Shown: one piece after another, positions 27,734 through 36,020 of the stretch
Layout of the letters: the number at the start of each line of letters is the position of its first letter
Numbering within the stretch: the stretch's first letter is position 1
From: Clostridia bacterium
GTDB lineage: Bacteria > Bacillota > Clostridia > Oscillospirales > CAG-272
NCBI GenBank assembly: GCA_017507985.1
Contig: JAFVZV010000084.1
Coordinates: forward strand, 1 to 51,203
DNA length: 51,203 nucleotides
Direction of reading: 5' to 3'
Program-made: the position numbers and the translations under genes
The notes under the pieces: model-generated
The model's database searches: none
Seen by the model: the letters and a program-made list of their open reading frames with translations, nothing else
Told to the model about the DNA's origin: nothing

Positions 27734-28459
27734 ATGCAGCTTCATTCTTCCCCTCGCGCCGTACGGCGCACGCTTGCCATTGTGGTTTTGCTGATCTGCG
27801 CACTATTGCTTGCTTCCTGCGGCAAAGCGCTTCATACCATGACCTCCAACGACGGTGAATATTTCGATAAATGGACAGACACCTCCTACACCGCGCTTCC
27901 CGCCTCGTACGAGCCCATCGCCCGAGGTGACGAATACGGCAAGGTCAATCTTGCGGGCGTGACCAACATACTCTACCGCATTGACGGGCTGTCTCCTCAA
28001 GAATACCTCTGCTCCGCTTACGGTGCCGTTTATCACAGTAAGGATGTCCTCGTTCCTCTCTTTGACGAGTGGACGATATCCTCGCTTAAAGTATGTACCG
28101 ACGCCACCATTGTCGTCGCCAATTTGACGCTTACCCCCGAGGACGCCGTGCACGCGGCCGTAATCGAAGCGGTACAGACGGCCTGGTGCGACGCCACCGC
28201 CATCCGCTATCCCTCGTATCTGACCCCGGATGAAAATTACACGCTCCGCTTTGAAAGCAAAGATGCCCCCGGGTTGTATTATGCCGTCAAGCTGTTGGCC
28301 TACGACGAGGACGTCTATGATGTGGTTGCCAATGAGGCAGGCGAAGAGGTCGAGGTCAATCTCGGCCGCTATTTCTTGTATGATCGCTACAGTGGTCGTT
28401 GCGTTCCCACAGATGATCGCATTTTCCGTCTGCTGCAAGGCGAGGAGATCGCGCCGTGA
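27734..28459 (+). CDS. Lipoprotein of unknown function
   Basis: GAAAGGA RBS, basic then hydrophobic signal, LASC lipobox; stop overlaps the rimI start. Confidence 0.7.
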   Translation: MQLHSSPRAVRRTLAIVVLLICALLLASCGKALHTMTSNDGEYFDKWTDTSYTALPASYEPIARGDEYGKVNLAGVTNILYRIDGLSPQEYLCSAYGAVYHSKDVLVPLFDEWTISSLKVCTDATIVVANLTLTPEDAVHAAVIEAVQTAWCDATAIRYPSYLTPDENYTLRFESKDAPGLYYAVKLLAYDEDVYDVVANEAGEEVEVNLGRYFLYDRYSGRCVPTDDRIFRLLQGEEIAP

Positions 28460-28923
28460 GTCACAGTGTATATCGTATCGTACGCCTTGCGCATGAACAT
28501 CTGCCCGGAGCGGCCGCACTTGAACAGCTGTGCTTTCCTGCCGAGCCCTGGAGCGAACGCGCGCTGGACATTCTTTGCCGTGAACATGGCATAGGATACG
28601 CTGCACTGGACGAGGGAGGAGTCGTGCTGGCCTACGGCGGCATGACCTACGCCGCCGACGAGGGCTCGATCACCAACATTGCCACCCATCCTTCCGCCCG
28701 CCGTCAAGGGTTGGGCCGTGCCGTCGTGCAGGCGCTGATCCGGCAAGGCGAAGCCCTCGGTCTGACAGACATTTATCTGGAGGTGCGCCTCTCAAACGCT
28801 CCGGCCATTGCTCTGTATGAGGCGCTCGGATTTACCGCAATCGGCACACGGAAGAATTTTTACCGCCATCCCACAGAGGATGCGTTGCTCATGAAAGTAA
28901 TGCTTCCAACCGACACACCATAA
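28456..28923 (+). CDS. rimI: Ribosomal-protein-alanine N-acetyltransferase
   Basis: EGSITNIA, RRQGLG, LEVRLSN, ALYEALGF, RKNFY..EDALLM; adjacent to tsaD. Confidence 0.9.
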   Translation: MSHSVYRIVRLAHEHLPGAAALEQLCFPAEPWSERALDILCREHGIGYAALDEGGVVLAYGGMTYAADEGSITNIATHPSARRQGLGRAVVQALIRQGEALGLTDIYLEVRLSNAPAIALYEALGFTAIGTRKNFYRHPTEDALLMKVMLPTDTP

Positions 28924-28940
28924 AAAGGACAACACCTATC

Positions 28941-29960
28941 ATGTACGTATTAGGAATCGAAAGCTCCTGCGACGAAACATCGGCCGCCATTGTCCGTATG
29001 GACGAGACCTCGCGAGAGATCTGCGCTAACATCGTCGCATCCCAAATAGACACCCACCGCCTGTACGGCGGCGTCGTTCCCGAAATCGCCAGCCGCGCTC
29101 ACGTAGAGGCGGTCAGCCGCATCACCTACGAGGCGCTGGAGACGGCCAAGCTGTCGCTGTCCGACATCGGTGCTGTCGCCGTGACCACCCACCCCGGGCT
29201 CATCGGCGCGCTACTCGTCGGCGTCAACTTTGCCAAATCCCTGGCCTTTTCACACGGCATTCCGCTTGTTTCGGTCAATCACATTCATGCCCACGTAGCA
29301 GCCGCCTATCTTTCGGAGCCATTGCTTCGTCCACCCTATCTGGCGTTGGTCGTATCGGGCGGTCATACCTCACTGTACCATGTGCGCGACGAGATCACGT
29401 TTGAGGAAATCGGGGCGACGCGTGACGACGCGGCAGGAGAAGCCTTTGATAAGATCGGGCGCGTCATTGGTCTGCCCTACCCGGGCGGTGCCGCGCTGGA
29501 CAAGCTGGCTTACGAGGGCGATCCCAAGGCATTTTCCCTGCCCTCGCCTGCAATCGCCGGCGACGAGCTGGCTTTTTCATTCAGCGGATTGAAAACAGCC
29601 GCCCTTAATCTCATCAATTCAACAACACAGCGGGGAGAAACCATCAACCGCGCCGATCTTGCCGCCTCTTACACGGCCACCATCGTGCGTGCGATTGAAA
29701 AGAAGGTTGATCAAGCGTTGACACAGACGGGCGAAAAAACGCTCGTAATGGCCGGTGGCGTAGCCGCCAACTCGCATCTGCGGGCATCACTTACCCGTCT
29801 TTGCGCCAAGCGCGGCGTCAAGCTGATCGCACCTCCGCTTGCTCTGTGTGGCGATAACGGTGCCATGGTCGCTGCCGCAGGCTATTTTGAATTTATGGCC
29901 GGACGACTATCCGACACCTCTCTCAACGCCAGCGCCTGCGACATTATGGCGGGCGAATGA
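28941..29960 (+). CDS. tsaD: tRNA N6-threonylcarbamoyltransferase
   Basis: LGIESSCDET, GGVVPEIASRAH, NHIHAH, VSGGHT, DDAAGEAFDK, CGDNGAM. Confidence 0.96.
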   Translation: MYVLGIESSCDETSAAIVRMDETSREICANIVASQIDTHRLYGGVVPEIASRAHVEAVSRITYEALETAKLSLSDIGAVAVTTHPGLIGALLVGVNFAKSLAFSHGIPLVSVNHIHAHVAAAYLSEPLLRPPYLALVVSGGHTSLYHVRDEITFEEIGATRDDAAGEAFDKIGRVIGLPYPGGAALDKLAYEGDPKAFSLPSPAIAGDELAFSFSGLKTAALNLINSTTQRGETINRADLAASYTATIVRAIEKKVDQALTQTGEKTLVMAGGVAANSHLRASLTRLCAKRGVKLIAPPLALCGDNGAMVAAAGYFEFMAGRLSDTSLNASACDIMAGE

Positions 29961-29972
29961 TCGAATCTTTTG

Positions 29973-30147
29973 TTTTCCACAAATTCAGTCGATTTTCCCA
30001 CAGTTTGCAAATAATTCTCGCCAATATAGGCGAAAAATGTCAATTTTTGTTTTAATTTCCGTTTTTTCTGTGGAAAACTTGATGTTTAAGTTCCCCAAGC
30101 ATGGTGTCAGTTCTGTGGGAAACCAAGTTTTTTGAAAGTTTTCCGCA
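29973..30147. promoter_or_regulatory. DnaA-box cluster (5 boxes)
   Basis: TTTTCCACA 29973-81 (+), TTTCCCACA 29994-30002 (+), TGTGGAAAA 30069-77 (-), TGTGGGAAA 30114-22 (-), TTTTCCGCA 30139-47 (+); consensus TTWTNCACA with 0-1 mismatch. Confidence 0.75.
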
Positions 30148-30216
30148 GCTTACTTTCGCATTTCACTCAAAAAAACGCTCTAATATTCCATCACAGGAAC
30201 AAAAAGGAGTTCTGAT

Positions 30217-30945
30217 ATGAATCACGATTTTACCAACATACCCAGCGATACCAACAACACGCCCGTTGCCGATCTCCATACCGAGGAGACCGACCGCCCC
30301 AGCGTCTCGCCCGCTGTCATCAAGAGATTGCCTCGCTATTTCCGCTATTTGCGTGAGCTGTTGCGCGAGGGCAAAATGCGAATCAGCTCAGGCGAGCTCT
30401 CATCGCTGATGAACGTTACCGCCTCCCAAATCCGCCAGGACCTCAACTGTTTCGGCGGCTTTGGTCAGCAGGGCTACGGCTATAACGTTAATTATTTGTA
30501 CGCCAAGATCTGCGAAATTTTGGGCGTTGGCGCAGGACTGAACGCCATTGTCATCGGCATTGGCGATTTGGGACGCGCCCTGGTACGCTCCTCCATGTTT
30601 GAAAAGCGCGGAGTGGATATCATCGGCCTGTTTGACATCTCTCCCGATCTCATAGGCAAATCCTTCGATTCTCTGTCTGTTCGCCATATGGATACTTTGC
30701 AGGAGTTCTGCGAGCAGCATCAGGTGGATTTTGCTGTTTTGACCGTCCCCAAGCCCGTCGCACTCGACGTAGCCAACGAGCTCATCCGTCTGGGTGTCCG
30801 CGGCGTGTGGAACTTCACGGGTGTCGAGCTTCCCTTTGAAGATAAAAATATCATTGTTGAGAACGTTCACCTGGGCGATTCTCTCATGACGCTCAACTAC
30901 AAGCTGTGTGCCGACCGCAAGGATGCGGCCGCACAGCAAGACTGA
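30217..30945 (+). CDS. rex: Redox-sensing transcriptional repressor Rex
   Basis: IKRLPRYFRYL, ISSGELS, SQIRQDLNCFGGFGQQGYGY, GIGDLG, GVWNFT. Confidence 0.95.
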   Translation: MNHDFTNIPSDTNNTPVADLHTEETDRPSVSPAVIKRLPRYFRYLRELLREGKMRISSGELSSLMNVTASQIRQDLNCFGGFGQQGYGYNVNYLYAKICEILGVGAGLNAIVIGIGDLGRALVRSSMFEKRGVDIIGLFDISPDLIGKSFDSLSVRHMDTLQEFCEQHQVDFAVLTVPKPVALDVANELIRLGVRGVWNFTGVELPFEDKNIIVENVHLGDSLMTLNYKLCADRKDAAAQQD

Positions 30946-30967
30946 CATAGCAAGGAGATCCTCCTGC

Positions 30968-31972
30968 ATGAAATACAAGTTACATTACGGCGACGGCGTG
31001 ATCAACCTGCCCGAGGCCGTGCTGTCAAAATCAAAAACCATCGACGGAAACACCCTCAAGGTGCTGATGTGCATCGCGGCAGGTGGCAATCCGTCCAAAG
31101 AAAAAATCGCCCGGGAAATCGGTTGTGATGTCGCCCAAGTCAGTCAGGCCATTCTCTTTTGGTGTGAGGAGGATATCCTTAGTATAGACAAATCCTCTGA
31201 CCGCAAAAAGGCGACCGAGCCGTCCGAAGACAACACTCCCGTCGAACCGGCCGTCAAGACGGTTGATTCGGCCGCGGCCGTCACACCTGCACCCGCATCG
31301 CTCCCCCGCTACACGACCGAGGAGCTGGTCGCGCTGCTGGAAAGCCGCCGCGAGCTGGCCGCATTGATTGATGAATGCACTCGCGTGTTCGGCAAGGTGT
31401 TCAGCACGCACGAGACGAGTATACTGCTGGGTATCGTGGACTATCTCAACGTTGACGGCGAATATCTGTTGCTGTTGTTGGCGCACTGTGCCAAGATGGG
31501 CAAAAAGAGCGTTCGCTACGTTGAAAAATGTGCCTTTTCCTTTTACGACGACGGCATCACCACTCCCTCCGCTCTTCAGGAATGTCTGAAAAAGAAAGAG
31601 GAAATGGAGGAGGTCGAGGGCAAGCTGCGCACCTTATTTGGCATGAACAGCCGTGCGCTGACGACCAAGGAACGTAAGTTGATCGACACCTGGTTGTTCA
31701 CCTACCGCTACGGCATGGACATTATCACTCGTGCCTACGAGATCACCGTCGATGCCATCGGCAAGTCGTCCATTCCCTACACCAACTCCATCTTGGAGCG
31801 ATGGGCAGCCGCCAATCTGCATACCCTTGCCGAGATCGATGCCGCAGAAGAGTCGCGTGCCGCGACAGGACAAGTCAAGACCGCCCCCGGTAACAGTTTT
31901 GATACCAATGACTTTTTTGACGCTGCCCTCAAGCGTAGCTTTGGCGACGATTACGATCCGGGGAAAAAATAA
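30968..31972 (+). CDS. DnaD/DnaB_2-domain replication protein
   Basis: N-terminal winged-helix-like part; two DnaD-like repeats (VRYVEKCAFSF, IPYTNSILERW); upstream of a helicase-loader ATPase. Confidence 0.8.
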   Translation: MKYKLHYGDGVINLPEAVLSKSKTIDGNTLKVLMCIAAGGNPSKEKIAREIGCDVAQVSQAILFWCEEDILSIDKSSDRKKATEPSEDNTPVEPAVKTVDSAAAVTPAPASLPRYTTEELVALLESRRELAALIDECTRVFGKVFSTHETSILLGIVDYLNVDGEYLLLLLAHCAKMGKKSVRYVEKCAFSFYDDGITTPSALQECLKKKEEMEEVEGKLRTLFGMNSRALTTKERKLIDTWLFTYRYGMDIITRAYEITVDAIGKSSIPYTNSILERWAAANLHTLAEIDAAEESRAATGQVKTAPGNSFDTNDFFDAALKRSFGDDYDPGKK

Positions 31973-31974
31973 AG

Positions 31975-32190
31975 CGGAGAACGAGAGGACGCAGGGCTCT
32001 GCCCTGCACCCGCTCAAGCAACTTCTTGGAAAACGTTTTGGTCGAGCTTTTTCAAAAGCTCGCAGATTCCAAAGGCAGCGCCTTTGGTCGCCCTCCTCAG
32101 AGGGCGAAATTCTCAACAGCGTTTCTCTTTTGTTAGCTTTTCTCTTTGCGCCTTGTGTGTCAAAGAGAAAAGCGGCTATGAGCCGCTCGC
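31975..32190. repeat. Hairpin-rich intergenic repeat, family B copy 2
   Basis: Reverse complement aligns with 2066-2282, with compensatory changes in the stems. Confidence 0.75.
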
Positions 32191-32218
32191 CACAACTCCA
32201 ACACTACAGGAGGTCAAG

Positions 32219-33232
32219 ATGCCTTACAATCAGCAAAATTACCGCCGTATTCGACAAGAATATGAAACGAAATATTTAACCGCACGCGAGGATGCCGAAC
32301 GCCGCCGCCGTGAGATTGAGCTACTCATCCCCGACGTGGTAGCCATTCACCGCGAGCTTTCGCGCGTCGGTCTTGAGATCATGCGCGTGTCGCTCGAGCA
32401 CGGTGACGATGCCGCCGCACGCGAGTCGGCCATTGCTGCCTTGCGGCAGAGAAACGAATCCTTGCTCAAGCAACGTGGCGAGCTTCTTTTGGCCGCCGGC
32501 TTCCCGTCGGATTACACCGAGCTACGCTACGAGTGCCCTGCCTGCAGCGACACCGGTTTTCTCGACGATGGCCGGATGTGCCGCTGTATGAAGCAAAAGC
32601 TACGCATGGCAGGCTATGAGACGTCGGGACTGGGCAATCTGTTGCGTGAGCAGAGCTTTGACAATTATTCGCTCGATTATTTCAAAAACGATGAAAAAAC
32701 CTATCGCACCATGAGTGCAGTCGTCCGTATGCTGCGCGATTGGGCAGAAAATTTCACGCTGGGTGATGCCTCTCATCCCGCCAGCGACAATCTACTGCTC
32801 GTGGGCGGCACGGGACTGGGCAAAACGCATCTGTCCACCGCCGTGGCAAAAACCGTTCTGGATGGCGGTCACGACGTGTTGTATACGACTGCTGTCGGCA
32901 TGGTCGCGGCCTTTGAGGCCGAGAGATTCGGCAACAGCACGGGGCTGACCGAGGAGAGCGATCTCAACCGCTACTACAACGTCGATCTGCTCATCATTGA
33001 CGATCTGGGCACCGAGGTGGTCAATCAGTTCACCGTATCCAGCCTGTTCAACGTTATCAACACCCGCATGAACTTGCGCCGCCCGACCATCATCAATACC
33101 AATCTGATGCAAGAGGAGCTGCGTCGCCGCTACTGGGATCGTATCACCAGCCGTTTGTTTGGCGAGTATCGTATTCTGCTGTTTCTCGGTACTGACGTAC
33201 GCGCACAAAAAATCCGCGAGAGTCGCAAATAA
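32219..33232 (+). CDS. DnaC/DnaI-like helicase-loader AAA+ ATPase with zinc motif
   Basis: CPACSDTG...CRC, GGTGLGKTHL, LLIIDDLGTE, NTNL, RITSRL; AGGAGG RBS. Confidence 0.88.
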   Translation: MPYNQQNYRRIRQEYETKYLTAREDAERRRREIELLIPDVVAIHRELSRVGLEIMRVSLEHGDDAAARESAIAALRQRNESLLKQRGELLLAAGFPSDYTELRYECPACSDTGFLDDGRMCRCMKQKLRMAGYETSGLGNLLREQSFDNYSLDYFKNDEKTYRTMSAVVRMLRDWAENFTLGDASHPASDNLLLVGGTGLGKTHLSTAVAKTVLDGGHDVLYTTAVGMVAAFEAERFGNSTGLTEESDLNRYYNVDLLIIDDLGTEVVNQFTVSSLFNVINTRMNLRRPTIINTNLMQEELRRRYWDRITSRLFGEYRILLFLGTDVRAQKIRESRK

Positions 33233-33242
33233 TCAAAAAATT

Positions 33243-33271
33243 GAATAGTTTAACGGGTACTGCACATACTA
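33243..33271 (+). promoter_or_regulatory. Sigma-G-type promoter overlapping an inverted repeat
   Basis: GAATA-17-CATACTA; AACGGGTACTGC/GCAGTACCCGTT arms flank the -10 box. Confidence 0.5.
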
Positions 33272-33341
33272 CGCGTAACGGGCAGTACCCGTTTATATTT
33301 TATGTAACAAGCGCGGAGATGCCGCGGGAAAAGGATATATC

Positions 33342-33800
33342 ATGTCAACTGCTACCATGAAGACCGCTACGACAGAATTGCTGCAGCGGCTTTACAAAAA
33401 TCTCAAGATGGGAAGCGACTCGATCGTTTCTCTGCTTCCCAAGGTCAAGGAGGAGGATGCCGCCTTCAAAAGCGATTTGACCATGCAGCTTGACGGCTAC
33501 GAAAAATATGCCCATCGAGTCAACGATCTTTTGCGTCAAGACGGCGAGCCATCCGAGCAAGACAATCTGTGGAACAAAATGACCGCCAAGGTCGGCACGA
33601 CCATGAGCACGCTGATGGACACCACTCTCAGCCATTTGGCCGACATGGTCATTCAGGGCTCGACCATGAACATGAACGACACCATCAAGCTCATGCGCGA
33701 ATTTGAAAATTCCAGCGCCACTGAGAGCGCGCTTTCGCTCTCGCGTGACATCATCGGTTTTGAAGAGCAGAATATTGAGCGCATGAAGGCGTATCTGTAA
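33342..33800 (+). CDS. Helical (ferritin-like bundle?) hypothetical protein, probably sporulation-associated
   Basis: All-helical 152 aa with SHLADMVIQGS and FEEQNIERMKAYL; AAGGA RBS; sigma-G-like promoter. Confidence 0.6.
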   Translation: MSTATMKTATTELLQRLYKNLKMGSDSIVSLLPKVKEEDAAFKSDLTMQLDGYEKYAHRVNDLLRQDGEPSEQDNLWNKMTAKVGTTMSTLMDTTLSHLADMVIQGSTMNMNDTIKLMREFENSSATESALSLSRDIIGFEEQNIERMKAYL

Positions 33801-33862
33801 CGTCGCGCAGGGGACTTTTTCAAGTCCCCTTTTCGTTTGAGCAGAAGAAAAGGCGCCGAAAG

Positions 33863-33949
33863 GGCTGGTTCTCATAAGGAAGTTTGCCTAACATACGGTA
33901 GGGGCTTTTGTGAACGCCCGCGGGAAACCGCTGGTCTCCCCTACGAATA
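33863..33949 (+). repeat. Left inverted-repeat arm containing a GTAG REP-like doublet
   Basis: GGCTGGTTCTCATAAGGA...GGTAGGGGC...GGTCTCCCCTAC; inverse of 35155-35240. Confidence 0.75.
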
Positions 33950-33981
33950 AGGGGTACTTGCTCCGCAGAAAACAAATAATT

Positions 33982-34014
33982 AACGCCGGCAGATTTTCAA
34001 GATCTGCCGGCGTT
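33982..34014 (-). terminator. Hairpin/terminator downstream of the AT-rich gene
   Basis: AACGCCGGCAGAT...ATCTGCCGGCGTT. Confidence 0.6.
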
Positions 34015-34066
34015 CGTTTTATTCTGTTCAAAAAATTGGAATTTGTTTTTATCCATTAAATATGCT

Positions 34067-34903
34067 TCATTTACCGAGATTAAACTGGTCCGCAATCTGC
34101 TTTCCCATCTCGCCTTCAAGGTCTTGCGCATCCGAATCTGCTATATAGTCTAAATCGTGGTCATCAAGATAAAGGTAGTACAGCGTGGAGTTTTCTCTAT
34201 CAATGCCAATCATATATATTTGCTTAGGAAAATAATCTTCTTCTCCTTCGGTTACAACCTTGAAAAAGATTCCTTCGCAATAAAATTCCGGTGCGGCAAT
34301 AAGGTAATCGCCATCGCGGTCAATAACAGGCTCTGTCAAAAACTGATGCGAGTCTATATAAGCCTTGTAGTCTGCCTCACATAGTTCAAGGCTATCGTAT
34401 TTTACGATTGCGGTGATAGACTGATAAAAGAAGAATCCAGCATCAACCTTGCCAACAAATCGAACATTCTGCTCATCAAATTCATTGTACCTTGGGAAAT
34501 TACTAAAATCAGTTCCCATATCATCTGCACACTGGTTGAAGTCAGCCTCATTTTCAATCGTATAGTAATTCACACTTGTCGGAATCCCAAAGAGGCTTAA
34601 AAATAGAGTGAGCGGATTGCATAGTGCTATGACAACGATTATGTTCACCAATGTAGAAAGCCATTTGCGCTGAATGCGCATGTTAAACAAGAGCATTAAA
34701 ACGAAAATGATATTACAAACGCCAATAATAAAAAGCTCACGGTATGGAGTATAATTCCCATAAAGATACGGTATGTTTTCTTTCATTGCAAATCCATCAA
34801 TGATTGTAAGGATTGCCAAACACGAAAACCACGCTGAGGCAAGACCAATCAGTACGATTGCTACGATTTTGATGGGAGAGAGCTTAACTTTTTTCCTGTT
34901 CAT
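34067..34903 (-). CDS. AT-rich membrane protein (3 N-terminal hydrophobic helices plus acidic soluble domain), probably acquired
   Basis: AAAGGAG RBS; base composition visibly more AT-rich than the flanking genes. Confidence 0.75.
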   Translation of the reverse strand: MNRKKVKLSPIKIVAIVLIGLASAWFSCLAILTIIDGFAMKENIPYLYGNYTPYRELFIIGVCNIIFVLMLLFNMRIQRKWLSTLVNIIVVIALCNPLTLFLSLFGIPTSVNYYTIENEADFNQCADDMGTDFSNFPRYNEFDEQNVRFVGKVDAGFFFYQSITAIVKYDSLELCEADYKAYIDSHQFLTEPVIDRDGDYLIAAPEFYCEGIFFKVVTEGEEDYFPKQIYMIGIDRENSTLYYLYLDDHDLDYIADSDAQDLEGEMGKQIADQFNLGK

Positions 34904-35101
34904 AGTCGTTCTCCTTTGTTATTTTTGTGATTTTAGTTTGTTGGAATGGCGTGGTGTAAACTTGTTAGGCAAATTCTTATTTATCGTTCCGTTTTATCGC
35001 CGGTTTTGCCTTTGTATTACAGCGTTGCAAGCAACGAGGGCTTCGGGGAAAGCTCATATCCCTAAAGGCTCCCTCCGGGAGGGAGCCTTTCTGTCAACCC
35101 C

Positions 35102-35130
35102 ATTATAACACAAATCGGCAGAGAAATCAA
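35102..35130 (-). promoter_or_regulatory. Sigma-A promoter facing the AT-rich gene
   Basis: TTGATT-17-TATAAT with TG extension, overlapping the CGGCAGAGA/TCTCTGCCG hairpin. Confidence 0.6.
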
Positions 35131-35154
35131 CGTCTCTGCCGAAATTTTTATGCG

Positions 35155-35240
35155 TATCCGTAGGGGAGACCTGCGGTCTCCCGCAGGCGAACACAGTTCG
35201 CCCCTACCGTGTTCCGAAAACATCCTTATGAGAAGGAGCC
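35155..35240 (-). repeat. Right inverted-repeat arm containing a GTAG REP-like doublet
   Basis: GTAGGGGAGACC-TGC-GGTCTCCC...GGCGAAC-ACA-GTTCGCCCCTAC...TCCTTATGAGAAGGAGCC. Confidence 0.75.
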
Positions 35241-35262
35241 TAACGACACCTTTTCCTTTTAT

Positions 35263-35826
35263 TCAGCTCTCCAACTGTCTGCCAAGAAATCCTGCGGCGG
35301 TCTGGATCAGCTTGACCTCAACGTCGCCCGTAGGCGCGCTGCTGTCGCGGCTCTCGTCGTTGAGCTGAACCGATGCCACGCAGCCGATGATATCACCCTC
35401 GCTGATGATGGGCATCGCACAACTGACAAAGTGCGTCATATCTGCGTTGCCCGATAGCACAGGCAGTTTTTCCTCGCCCTCGTGATGGACGTAAAGACCG
35501 CGGCTATTGATAATTGCCTCCAACTCGTCCGAAAGGGGCTTGTCGGTGTATTCCTTACGCGACACACCCGCGCAAGCGATCACCGCGTCACGGTCGCAGA
35601 TCACAACAGACAGCGAGCAAGTTTTGTGCAGTGTTTCCGCATATTGCGCGGCAAACCCTGCCAGCTCGCCAATGGGCGAATATTTTTTGAAAATGACCTC
35701 ACCTTCACGGTCGGTATAGATCTCCAGCGGATCGCCCTCGCGGATGCGCATGGTTCTTCTGATCTCTTTGGGGATAACGACTCTCCCCAGATCGTCGATA
35801 CGACGTACAATTCCCGTAGCTTTCAT
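35263..35826 (-). CDS. spoVT: Stage V sporulation protein T
   Basis: MKATGIVRRIDDLGRVVIPKEIRRT AbrB domain, KKYSPIGEL, C-terminal GAF domain ending AAGFLGRQLE. Confidence 0.96.
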   Translation of the reverse strand: MKATGIVRRIDDLGRVVIPKEIRRTMRIREGDPLEIYTDREGEVIFKKYSPIGELAGFAAQYAETLHKTCSLSVVICDRDAVIACAGVSRKEYTDKPLSDELEAIINSRGLYVHHEGEEKLPVLSGNADMTHFVSCAMPIISEGDIIGCVASVQLNDESRDSSAPTGDVEVKLIQTAAGFLGRQLES

Positions 35827-35976
35827 TTATATAAAACCAATTATCCTTTCTCCAATCATCCCGCCCTGTGCATATGCACATTGCGGCGGCTCTGTTAGTT
35901 TCTGTCATATCGGGCGAATTATACGCCGCATTGGTTAATTTTTGCGAAAACCTACATTCTCTCTGCTTGAGGCGAA

Positions 35977-36010
35977 AAGAAAACGGGTTGACACATCAAC
36001 CCGTTTTCTT
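35977..36010 (-). terminator. Intrinsic terminator
   Basis: AAGAAAACGGGTTGA-CACA-TCAACCCGTTTTCTT. Confidence 0.8.
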
Positions 36011-36020
36011 ATATATTTGA

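Noticed and set aside
29961-30216. Possible replication origin
   Set aside because: DnaA boxes are present, but no dnaA/dnaN/rpmH/gidA context and no clear unwinding element; treated as a non-origin cluster.
30968-33232. Prophage or IS21 replication module (DnaD plus IstB-like ATPase)
   Set aside because: No integrase, IstA or phage genes nearby; composition matches the host and the pair is typical of clostridial chromosomes.
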